Assembly (NCBI GenBank): GCA_000146045.2
Contig: BK006946.2
Coordinates: 320,001-384,000 of the forward strand
DNA length: 64,000 nt
Direction of reading: 5' to 3'
DNA from: TPA_inf: Saccharomyces
Lineage: Eukaryota
In this document: piece by piece, positions 56,001 through 64,000 of the stretch
How the letters are laid out: every line of letters starts with the position of its first letter
Position numbering within the stretch: the first letter of the stretch is position 1
Notes under the pieces: generated by a model
The model's input: only the letters and a program-made list of their open reading frames with translations
The model's database searches: none
What the model was told of the DNA's origin: nothing
Position numbers and translations under genes: made by a program

Positions 56001-57023
56001 TTGAGCCGTTCAGCGACTCCATGTGCTCGGGAATCCGCTGTGGTTGTATAGCATGGAGTTATACCATTTTTTTCAAGGAATTTATGGAGAGTTCTGTTAG
56101 TATACTCAGAACCACGGTCCATTTGTATAACCAAGACACTGGCCTGAAACTGGTTCTTAATAAAAGCTAGTATCGTAGTAAAAACATCGAGGATAGAGTC
56201 CTCGCGACGGTCGTGTAATGGATAAACCCAACGGAATTTTGTTGTCTCATCAGTAAATGAGATGAAATAGGATGGTGCACTTTTTGGTAGGTTGTGAACT
56301 GGACCAAATATGTCAGTATGTAGGTATTGAAAGGGTTCGTATGAATTTTGGTATTTTAGTCGTGAACCTTTGATATGTCTGTGTTTGGTGCTTTTGCCGA
56401 TTAAACAATCAGGACATTGATAGTCAATAGCACTAGACCAGTCGACATCTGATTCGTTAAAATACGTGATGGTGTTATTTTTAAGTGAGTATCGAATTGT
56501 CTGTGCATTGGCATGCGCAAGCATTCGATGAATGAAAGGATAAGGATATTTGCGTGTACTTTCACTTGTATGGACATTATTGATGGTGGGTACGGAGATA
56601 TTTGATGGAAGCAAGTACTTTTTAGATACCCAGTAAAAGTCTCCATATTTTACGATAGGTGCAAGTACAGTGCCGTCAGACCGTTCTAAGACGTTTTTGG
56701 TAAAGCATGCTGTGATATCTACTGCAGCCAATTCATTCAAACTGAGTAAGTCATAGGCTATGTTAGGAGTGTGCAATACCTTTATTGATGTTTTGGTGTT
56801 GTCCTGGAAGTGAAATTGTAGGTCACCAATAGCGTTAATTGGTATATTTCTTTTTTGAGCATCAACTACGTTTATGTCAGGATTAGATGATGCTGAGTGT
56901 ATGTGATGAGCAGATCTTATAAGGGTTCGTGATGCTCCTGAATCGAGAAGGAGGTGTCCAGGGAGTTCATCATCAGAATGATTAGTATGATTTACTGTAG
57001 ATTCAGTAAGTTTCTGGCCTAAG
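53057..57023 (-). CDS. TYB: Ty1 TYB (Pol), expressed by +1 frameshifting at CTTAGGC (plus-strand GCCTAAG at 57017..57023).
   Basis: A 1239-aa frame that is nearly identical over its C-terminal two thirds to the TYB of element 1. It has integrase, RT (FVDDMILFS) and RNase H. Confidence 0.85.
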
Positions 57024-58325
57024 ATGAAGGTCGTGCTTATTGTTCAATTGAATCGGTTCAGTAGTTGATTTACTGATGGAATCGTTGTCCGTGCTGGGAG
57101 AGTTATTAGATGTGGATACATTGTGAGCCCTGGCTGTTTTCGATTTCGAATTATTTGTTTTTTGAGGATTCCGAGCTATAACTTTGGGTTTGGTTGTATT
57201 CGTATAGCTGCGAGAATCATTCTTCTCATCACTCGGATTTCTCCTGTAATTAGGTTTGCTGTTTCTCGATCCCTGTTGTTCTTCATAAATAGCATGGATA
57301 TCTAAGAACAGTTCAGCGACTGTCATATTTAGATGTCGATGACGTGTGTAGCGTAAAAATTTATATTCGCCAGATAGACCTCTCATAATTAATTGGCATG
57401 CGACCTTGTTATTGATATGAATGCCATTATTGTTCAGTCTGTCGATAATGTTTGTGACTTTTGTTTCAAATGCATCTGCAGGTGTACTGCCATTATATTG
57501 CAAATTTGCCAGGGTCACAATGTCGTTTGCCTCTTGGGTATCAGATTGCATTTTTTCAATACTTTTGGAAAGAATTTTCATGATATCCGTATAATCAACG
57601 GATAGGATGTCTTTGACCCAGGTAGGTAGGAATTGAGAGGGAGCAAATATTTGAAAAGTGTTATACAAGAAGGTGAGTTCATCATCAGTGATCTGACGTA
57701 CGGGTTTTCCGTTTACTGTCGGAATAATACCACCGAGATTCGAGTTTTGTAAAAATTTGATGTATGTTTTAACCCAATTTGGAAAATCATTAGGTGAGGT
57801 TAACATTGGTGGTGGTCTGACATATTTTTTAGTGGATGTCATATCAGAGTCCGCTGAGGATGAATCAGTAAATGTATTACCTGACTCAGGTGATGGAGTG
57901 CTCAGAGGCGTTCCAACTGATGATGGATACTGCGGAAACTGTGATTGTGGCCCAGGTGGAAAGTACATAGGCGACATTTGATAAGGTGTATACGGAATCA
58001 TAGATGGGTGTCCGTAAAATGACCAACCAGATGGATTGGCTTGGTTTTGGGTCATCATGCACTGCTGTGGGTACGGCCCATTCTGTGGAGGTGGTACTGA
58101 AGCAGGTTGAGGAGAGGCATGATGGGGGTTCTCTGGAACAGCTGATGAAGCAGGTGTTGTTGTCTGTTGAGAGTTAGCCTTAGTGGAAGCCTTATCATAT
58201 TCTTGAATTTTGGAAGCTGAAACGTCTAACGGATCTTGATTTGTGTGGACTTCCTTAGAAGTAACCGAAGCACAGGCGCTACCATGAGATATATGTGGGT
58301 AATTAGATAATTGTTGGGATTCCAT
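57003..58325 (-). CDS. TYA: Ty1 TYA (Gag), 440 aa, canonical Ty1 type.
   Basis: Starts [48 protein letters not shown] and ends ...HLRPETY. This matches the reference Ty1 Gag as I remember it. Confidence 0.9.
   Translation of the reverse strand: MESQQLSNYPHISHGSACASVTSKEVHTNQDPLDVSASKIQEYDKASTKANSQQTTTPASSAVPENPHHASPQPASVPPPQNGPYPQQCMMTQNQANPSGWSFYGHPSMIPYTPYQMSPMYFPPGPQSQFPQYPSSVGTPLSTPSPESGNTFTDSSSADSDMTSTKKYVRPPPMLTSPNDFPNWVKTYIKFLQNSNLGGIIPTVNGKPVRQITDDELTFLYNTFQIFAPSQFLPTWVKDILSVDYTDIMKILSKSIEKMQSDTQEANDIVTLANLQYNGSTPADAFETKVTNIIDRLNNNGIHINNKVACQLIMRGLSGEYKFLRYTRHRHLNMTVAELFLDIHAIYEEQQGSRNSKPNYRRNPSDEKNDSRSYTNTTKPKVIARNPQKTNNSKSKTARAHNVSTSNNSPSTDNDSISKSTTEPIQLNNKHDLHLRPETY
58275..58284 (-). 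other. Ty1 primer-binding site (TGGTAGCGCC).
   Basis: Lies directly next to the U5 end of the 5' LTR of element 2. Confidence 0.8.
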
Positions 58326-58622
58326 TGTTGATAAAGGCTATAATATTAGGTATACAGAATATACTAGAAGTTCTCCTCGAGGATATAGGAATCCTCAAAA
58401 TGGAATCTATATTTCTACATACTAATATTACGATTATTCCTCATTCCGTTTTATATGTTTATATTCATTGATCCTATTACATTATCAATCCTTGCGTTTC
58501 AGCTTCCTCTAACATCGATGACAGCTTCTCATAACTTATGTCATCATCTTAACACCGTATATGATAATATATTGATAATATAACTATTAGTTGATAGACG
58601 ATAGTGGATTTTTATTCCAACA
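58285..58622 (-). repeat. 5' LTR (delta) of Ty1 element 2.
   Basis: 338 bp and identical to the 3' LTR. It contains the TYA ATG. Confidence 0.9.
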
Positions 58623-58639
58623 GAAGGTGATCTAAAGAT

Positions 58640-58700
58640 TGAGAAACAGTCACCAGATTTAGGGGAAGCTGAAATGCAATGATTGATAATGTAATAAGAA
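58640..58700 (+). repeat. Internal fragment of a delta (Ty1/Ty2 LTR), plus orientation, diverged.
   Basis: TTGAGAAACAGTCACCAGATTTAGGGGAAGCTGAAATGCAATGATTGATAATGTAATAAG aligns to the middle of a delta (…ATGAGAAATAGTCATCTAAATTAGTGGAAGCTGAAACGCAAGGATTGATAATGTAATAGG…). Confidence 0.6.
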
Positions 58701-58737
58701 GCGAGAGGGAAAGTATAAAAAGGAAGTGATCAATTTG

Positions 58738-59061
58738 TGAATAATTTGATAACCGTTGGGATTCTATTGTTCGCAAGGGCTTTATTTTATTATGTGTACA
58801 GAATATAATAAAATTTCCCCTGAGAGATATACCAATCCTCAAATTGGAATCGATACTCCTATATAATACAATTACAATTATTTCTCCCTCCCTTTCGTAT
58901 GTTTCATTATCCTAGTACATTATCAATCCTTATATTTCTGCTTCCATTAAATTTTACGACTGTTTCTCAATGTTTAGATCATCTTCTTACACTGTATATG
59001 ATAATGTACGAGTGGCATGAATACTACTGAACAGATGATATTTTATAGCTTCATTCCAACA
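58738..59061 (-). repeat. Near full-length diverged solo delta LTR, minus orientation.
   Basis: It lines up along its whole length with the plus-strand reading of the Ty1 LTRs above (…aaccgttgggattctattgtt…cctcaaattggaatcgatac…gtatgtttcattatcctagtacattatcaatcc…ctgtatatgataat…tcattccaaca), with many substitutions. Confidence 0.6.
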
Positions 59062-59096
59062 GAAAGAACATAAAGTAATATCGTTACGTAAAACTA

Positions 59097-59215
59097 TCGA
59101 TTCCCTTTTGACGATTCCTACATCCTCGAGAAGAAGTTCTAGTATATTCTGTGTACCTAATATTGTAGGCTCTAACAACAATGGAATCCCAACAATTAAT
59201 CATCTTGATTATTTT
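59097..59215 (+). repeat. 3'-portion fragment of a delta LTR, plus orientation.
   Basis: GATTCCTACATCCTCGAGAAGAAGTTCTAGTATATTCTGTGTACCTAATATTGTAGGCTCTAACAACAATGGAATCCCAACAATTAATCATC aligns to the U3-R end of a delta (…GATTCCTATATCCTCGAGGAGAACTTCTAGTATATTCTGTATACCTAATATTATAGCC…AATGGAATCCCAACAATTATCTCAACA). Confidence 0.6.
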
Positions 59216-59302
59216 ATTCCCCGCGTTTTAGAGCATCAATCTTGCCAGCTTATAGCTGGTCATTGTCGACGATAATCTCAAGCACAGGGCTAAAAAATAA
59301 AT

Positions 59303-59408
59303 TGAAACGGACAGGAATTGAACCTGCAACCCTTCGATTGCAATCTTATTCCGTGGAATTTCCAAGATTTAATTGGAGTCGAAAGCTCTACCATTGAGCC
59401 ACCGCTTC
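59303..59408 (-). tRNA. tW(CCA): tRNA-Trp (CCA) gene with a 34-nt intron at about 59339..59372.
   Basis: The reverse complement is GAAGCGGTGGCTCAATGGTAGAGCTTTCGACTCCAA [ttaaatcttggaaattccacggaataagattgca] ATCGAAGGGTTGCAGGTTCAATTCCTGTCCGTTTCA. The exons match yeast tRNA-Trp. Confidence 0.9.
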
Positions 59409-59585
59409 AACTTTTATTGTTTATATTGACACCTGTATAACAATATAACCACAATAAAAGGTTCATTCAAAGCTCCGGCTAGCATTCGGCGATTAATGAA
59501 GAAAGTTAAACCGTGATTTATTACTTCTTGCTCGTTTTTTCCATCATAAGTTCGCACAGAGCAGTATATATAGTGATTTGCAAAT

Positions 59586-60200
59586 ATGAATAGCGGTGGT
59601 AGTGATAGTTTCGATTATCTTCTTCAATTAACAAAAGCTTTAAGTGCAGAGTGTCGGGCTAACAGACAAGAGACCGATCGAATAGAACTATTGTTAAAGC
59701 GCCTTGCCAAACAGTCAGGAATATCTTATGATAATTTGAGCAAAAACATAATTCCAGATTCATGGAAAGATAATGCATCTCAAAAAGCATCTCCCCCCAC
59801 TGAGGCACAGAAGCTTATCAGCGAAAATTTTAAACTCATATACGAGATTGAAAAACAAGAGTACTTCAATACAAAGGCTGTTGCGCTAATTAACAACATA
59901 AATGAGCATTTCTCATATATTAAAAATTTTATCGACGAACAGAATGCAATAAGAGAACGAAATATTGCCACATTTTCATCAGAGAAGCTTGATGAAAGGA
60001 ACAAAAGTCTTCAACAAAATTACGAGTCATTGAAGACAGAAAATGAAGAAACAAAAAAAAAATTGCATTCAATTATCAAACAGTTTGAAAAACTTTTGAA
60101 GGAAGTGGATTGGGATCGTATATCTAAAGATTCCAGAGATTACAGCCGCTTTAAAAAACAGTTGGAATACCTGCAAGACACGTACCAGGTACTGAAATAG
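59586..60200 (+). CDS. FAR3: Far complex coiled-coil protein, 204 aa.
   Basis: ATG at 59586 and a 204-aa coiled-coil protein at the YMR052W position. Confidence 0.8.
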   Translation: MNSGGSDSFDYLLQLTKALSAECRANRQETDRIELLLKRLAKQSGISYDNLSKNIIPDSWKDNASQKASPPTEAQKLISENFKLIYEIEKQEYFNTKAVALINNINEHFSYIKNFIDEQNAIRERNIATFSSEKLDERNKSLQQNYESLKTENEETKKKLHSIIKQFEKLLKEVDWDRISKDSRDYSRFKKQLEYLQDTYQVLK

Positions 60201-60345
60201 CCTACGATGGATCGAACAAAAGTGTAAGCAGACGTGAAATAGCAAACCTTTGAATGCATTTATATATTTTAATATACTTATAACAACGGATAAATGTTTA
60301 GATCCCTTTTGAAAAAAAAAAAAAATTAGGATGAACCGAAAAAAA

Positions 60346-62898
60346 TCATACTCGTATTCCTCTATCGTCTTCACTGGCATTATTGTGTAAAGAATTATTA
60401 CCAAATAACCACCTGAACCACCCCACAGTATCATTCTTTAAATCTTTAAAATAACGGCGGCTCAGCATCTTTAAACAAAGAGCTTCATAGGTGGGGTTGT
60501 TAGTGGTCATCAAATCATTTACGCATCTATCATATTCGTCTTTATCACTCTTGGGATCTATTGCAGAGCATATTCCAGTTTTACCCTGTCCCTGAAGAGA
60601 GCTTTTCAACCCAATTAATTTGGAATCAAACTGAGCAACACTACTTTCAATATCTCGTACACGAACTTCCAATATCCTCATATCATATTTCAACCTAGAT
60701 GATAAGGAATTTAACTCTTGCATCTCATGGAGAAGAAGTTGTTGCTTATTGTCAATGTCTTCAAATCTCCCTTCAAACACTTTTGCACCATCTGAATACT
60801 TCTTATATAGTTCTTGCAGTCTTTTATATCTTTCGTTGAATTTAGAGTACTGACCAACAGTTCCCTCCTTATTTAATTTACCCATATAATGCTCATCCAT
60901 TTCTTGTATGTGTTGCTGCGCTTGGATGTCGTATTTCATTCGTAACAAATCTCTAGCTATTCGAACAACAGATGGATCAAATGGTAAATCCCATTTTTCC
61001 ACAATATTCTGTACAGCAGAAGAAGAGTTGCATCTATACAAACGAGATGACTTTTCCTTCAGCTCTGAAAGATCTTCATAAATGTTGTCGTGTGTGCGAT
61101 CTTTACAATAGGGAAACGAATTTCTTCGGTAGTATTCTCCTTGATATAATTTGTTGATGCCAAAATTATATGCATATTTGGTATTATCGTAGTTTGGAAA
61201 CATTGATGACACTGTTGCAGATGAGGGCATAGCATTGGTCCTCCCTATGTCTTCAGATGTATCAAGACTGGAAGAACTAACCTTTTTGGAGGCGTGCTTT
61301 TGAGCGTATGCGATTCTTTCCAAACGAAATTTTTCTAGTAGCATTTCCCTTTCTCTTATCTGCCCATCAGGATCGCCTCTCTGGTAGTTAAATTTCAAAA
61401 ATTCTTCATTAGAAATATCCGTACAGCATTTCCTTGGGTGTCCCTTACCTTTCCATAGTAGTCCTACAGAGCCTCCATGAATATTATGAATAAGTGTATC
61501 TAGATCTGTTGTAAGAATTTTGTGTGACAGGTTGATGGGATTTCCCTTTCCTATGATGTCCTGTACCGTTGATGTCACCATTTTCTTCAGTTTAAAAATG
61601 TCTTTGCTAGAAACTTTCGCTGTCACTTCAAAGAGTTTCTCTAACGTTCTTGGGTCTAAATAAACTCTAGATTTTCTTTTATTGAGGCCATGCTTTTTTT
61701 GGAAATTATAAATACCTTGGAAGAAACCAGCTTCATCAAAGGGATCCTTAGAGGAAATGCAATTTTCTATCATCAACTTGAAATAGCAACAAAGGATCAA
61801 ACTAATTAGGCCAGCTACTGTCGTCGGACCCAGTGTGCATTCATTCCTTGGCTTTTCTGTACCAAGGTACAGTTTCCCGTAAGTTTCCCACCATTCATCT
61901 ATAGCTCGCTTGGTGTCTTCACACAAAAGACCATCCGTCTGGTAGTTCTTAGATAACAAATTGAAATAACTCAACGAAATTTGAATTAAAGTTACCATCT
62001 CCACGACTGGTGATTTACTATCGGTATTTCGACACTTTGAATTTCCAACCGTCTTGTATTCTTCCTCAGGCAAACGCGGTTGCTGCTGCTGAATCATTTG
62101 GGGATACTGTGCAATAAAACCATTTGTAGGGATTTTGAACAGTTGTGAAAACTTATCAAGTGATGCCATAGTTGGAGGGCATAACAGATTTGCCGATCTT
62201 CCACCACAATGCAGGTTTTTCAGATCAAAATTAACCTCGAAATCCTTCCAAATTGTTCTCAAGTCACCACATTCCACATGCAACAGATTCAAGCCAAAGG
62301 ACACACCCGAAAGATTGGTAATAAATAGAGTGCCCTTTGGTGTAAATTTTGGCCGCGCAAATTCCATTAATTCTTCAAAATACAGTCTAAATCTCCCTGG
62401 CCACATACTCGTATCCTTTGGCAAAACGACTCTGACTCCCGATATTGTATCCTGAGAGTTTCCTGTATATGACGTAATCAATGTTGACAAATTCCTACAT
62501 GCTACCCATTGCTCCACAATATATATTTCAAACCCGTGTACGATAATTTCTTCATAAGTTAAATCAGCATAGTTGCCTAAATCTAACAAGAACAAAGCCC
62601 TAGAATCTGGGAATATAAAACTGTCGAGAGGCGGGAGCTGGCTCACAGTATCATTCTTTATCAACCCAACCACTTCCGAATCATCTGAGTGACCATAGTA
62701 ACTACTTCCACTGTAATTGGTTTCCTCATTGTTTAATTCATCGTAATAATCACCGTTTGCATCTTTTTGTCCACGTTCTCCAAAGAAATTATCATCGAGT
62801 GTATCCCTAGTGGAGTAAATTCTTTCTAAATCCTGCATATGTTTTCCATCAAACTGGCTAGTTTTGTCTCCTGTGGCAATAGTATCCGCCATAACCAT
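60346..62898 (-). CDS. STB2: Sin3-binding protein, 850 aa.
   Basis: ATG at 62898 and an 850-aa ORF at the YMR053C position. Confidence 0.8.
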   Translation of the reverse strand: MVMADTIATGDKTSQFDGKHMQDLERIYSTRDTLDDNFFGERGQKDANGDYYDELNNEETNYSGSSYYGHSDDSEVVGLIKNDTVSQLPPLDSFIFPDSRALFLLDLGNYADLTYEEIIVHGFEIYIVEQWVACRNLSTLITSYTGNSQDTISGVRVVLPKDTSMWPGRFRLYFEELMEFARPKFTPKGTLFITNLSGVSFGLNLLHVECGDLRTIWKDFEVNFDLKNLHCGGRSANLLCPPTMASLDKFSQLFKIPTNGFIAQYPQMIQQQQPRLPEEEYKTVGNSKCRNTDSKSPVVEMVTLIQISLSYFNLLSKNYQTDGLLCEDTKRAIDEWWETYGKLYLGTEKPRNECTLGPTTVAGLISLILCCYFKLMIENCISSKDPFDEAGFFQGIYNFQKKHGLNKRKSRVYLDPRTLEKLFEVTAKVSSKDIFKLKKMVTSTVQDIIGKGNPINLSHKILTTDLDTLIHNIHGGSVGLLWKGKGHPRKCCTDISNEEFLKFNYQRGDPDGQIREREMLLEKFRLERIAYAQKHASKKVSSSSLDTSEDIGRTNAMPSSATVSSMFPNYDNTKYAYNFGINKLYQGEYYRRNSFPYCKDRTHDNIYEDLSELKEKSSRLYRCNSSSAVQNIVEKWDLPFDPSVVRIARDLLRMKYDIQAQQHIQEMDEHYMGKLNKEGTVGQYSKFNERYKRLQELYKKYSDGAKVFEGRFEDIDNKQQLLLHEMQELNSLSSRLKYDMRILEVRVRDIESSVAQFDSKLIGLKSSLQGQGKTGICSAIDPKSDKDEYDRCVNDLMTTNNPTYEALCLKMLSRRYFKDLKNDTVGWFRWLFGNNSLHNNASEDDRGIRV

Positions 62899-63302
62899 AC
62901 ATATTTATTAATAGGTGCTTCTTCCAGGGTCTAGTTCATTACCTCCCCTAAATATCATTCTCAGATCATTATAGCTTCTATTTCCTGTTATGCGGGTAGC
63001 GGGGCTTATTTTTGTTTCTCAAAATAGAGGTGTCCTTTTTTGCCATTTTTGTTTATGTAGTCAACTGCATAGGTAGTTAAGAAAAGACATAGGCCCACGA
63101 AGGTGATTGGAAGTTCAGTGTTGACAATAATAGAATAGTAGCACACTCTTTTTATTTCGTTTTGCTTACAGTTTTGTACTCGCTTTTGCTTTTGCTTGCA
63201 AATAATATCCTCGTGACCTCGAGGCTTACATTAAGGTGCATATCATAATTCGCAACAGACGCATTCTTATTCTCTAAAATTCCTCGAGTTATATGAATAA
63301 TT

Positions 63303-64000
63303 ATGAATCAAGAAGAGGCTATATTCCGGTCAGCAGACATGACGTACGTCCAACTGTACATACCGTTGGAAGTCATAAGAGAGGTAACTTTCTTATTAGG
63401 GAAAATGAGTGTCTTTATGGTGATGGATCTCAATAAAGATTTAACTGCCTTTCAAAGAGGTTATGTTAACCAGTTGAGGCGTTTCGATGAAGTGGAAAGG
63501 ATGGTAGGCTTCTTGAATGAGGTAGTTGAAAAGCACGCCGCAGAGACCTGGAAGTATATTTTACATATCGATGATGAAGGAAACGACATTGCCCAACCCG
63601 ATATGGCGGATCTCATCAATACCATGGAACCACTATCGTTGGAAAATGTTAATGACATGGTGAAGGAAATTACTGATTGCGAATCCCGTGCAAGGCAATT
63701 AGATGAATCTTTAGATAGCCTTAGAAGTAAACTGAACGATCTTTTAGAGCAAAGGCAGGTAATATTCGAATGCTCAAAATTTATTGAAGTCAATCCTGGG
63801 ATTGCTGGAAGAGCTACAAACCCCGAGATTGAACAAGAAGAAAGGGATGTTGACGAGTTTAGAATGACCCCTGATGATATCAGTGAAACATTAAGCGATG
63901 CTTTTTCTTTTGACGACGAAACACCACAGGACCGGGGCGCTCTAGGGAATGACCTCACTAGAAACCAATCAGTCGAAGATCTAAGCTTTTTAGAGCAGGG
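63303..64000 (+). CDS. STV1: V-ATPase V0 subunit a, the Golgi/endosome isoform. N-terminal 232 codons only, and the gene continues past the window end.
   Basis: ATG at 63303 gives MNQEEAIFRSADMTYVQLYIPLEVIREVTFLLGKMSVFMVMDLNKDLTAFQRGYVNQLRRFDEVERMVGFLNEVVEKHA, the typical Vph1/Stv1 N-terminus. The frame stays open to 64000. The 165-aa minus-strand track ORF at 63461..63958 runs antisense to it. Confidence 0.85.
   Translation, partial: MNQEEAIFRSADMTYVQLYIPLEVIREVTFLLGKMSVFMVMDLNKDLTAFQRGYVNQLRRFDEVERMVGFLNEVVEKHAAETWKYILHIDDEGNDIAQPDMADLINTMEPLSLENVNDMVKEITDCESRARQLDESLDSLRSKLNDLLEQRQVIFECSKFIEVNPGIAGRATNPEIEQEERDVDEFRMTPDDISETLSDAFSFDDETPQDRGALGNDLTRNQSVEDLSFLEQ

Larger units (their letters stand above)
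52697..58622 (-). mobile_element. Full-length canonical Ty1 LTR retrotransposon, 5926 bp, minus orientation, flanked by the 5-bp TSD GAAGG.
   Basis: The two 338-bp LTRs are identical by eye. They lie at 52697..53034 and 58285..58622, start TGAGATATATGTGGGTAATTAGATAATTG and end TTCCAACA. The PBS lies at 58275..58284, TYA at 57003..58325 and TYB at 53057..57023. GAAGG is found at 52692..52696 and again at 58623..58627. Confidence 0.9.

Noticed and set aside
58700-59300. A possible sigma (Ty3) or tau (Ty4) element at tRNA-Trp.
   Set aside because: The fragments align to delta (Ty1/Ty2 LTR) along their length. The diagnostic sigma start TGTTGTATCTCAAAATGAGATATGTCAGTATGAC is not there, and the repeats lie 3' of the tRNA, whereas sigma sits 16-19 bp 5' of tRNA genes.
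59780-60434. Minus-strand ORFs of 74 and 121 aa overlapping FAR3 and its 3' flank.
   Set aside because: They are short and hydrophobic or low-complexity, and antisense to or overlapping a bona fide gene. I treat them as dubious ORFs.
63461-63958. A 165-aa minus-strand ORF at the window end.
   Set aside because: It is antisense to the clearly recognisable N-terminus of STV1 (V-ATPase subunit a), which reads open on the plus strand from 63303 to the window edge.

Overview
This window is a 64-kb stretch of Saccharomyces cerevisiae chromosome XIII, running from MSS1 (YMR023C, 5' part only) to the start of STV1 (YMR054W). I identified it from gene order and from protein and RNA sequences I recognise; I ran no search. 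It is a dense nuclear yeast gene array with about 30 protein genes (MSS1 and STV1 are partial at the window edges):

- **Left third:** MSS1, MRPL3, CSI1, PEX12, YMR027W, TAP42, FAR8, RSF1, EIS1, HOF1, ARP9 (with an intron), RCH1, IMP2, MIH1.
- **Middle:** MSN2, CCS1, SUB1, YET2, ARA2, the tandem MADS-box pair ARG80 and MCM1, and IOC4.
- **Right third:** NUP116, CSM3, ERB1, FAR3, STB2, STV1.
- **RNA genes:** five tRNA genes, tA(AGC), tF(GAA) with an 18-nt intron, tH(GUG), tV(AAC), and tW(CCA) with a 34-nt intron.
- **Mobile elements:** two full-length minus-strand Ty1 retrotransposons (37005..42918 and 52697..58622). Each has intact TYA, TYB and identical LTR pairs, and each sits 150-180 bp upstream of a tRNA gene with a perfect 5-bp target-site duplication. 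A nest of solo and partial delta LTR fragments sits next to tW(CCA).

Caveat on the ORF track: it calls TTG and GTG codons as M, so I moved several starts to the first in-frame ATG that fits the protein I know.

I see no sign of an undescribed system. Everything maps to well-characterised yeast genes or Ty-associated repeats. The points most worth a second look are these:

- Ty1 element 1 has divergent TYA and LTR ends compared with element 2.
- A Ty-free stretch of about 240 bp, GC-rich and full of CCGG repeats, lies upstream of MSN2.
- An Mcm1-Fkh composite site sits in the HOF1 promoter.
- PAC and RRPE motifs sit upstream of ERB1.
- A 1.9-kb interval between ERB1 and tV(AAC) has no ORF.
- MCM1 and NUP116 contain repeat-rich coding tracts.
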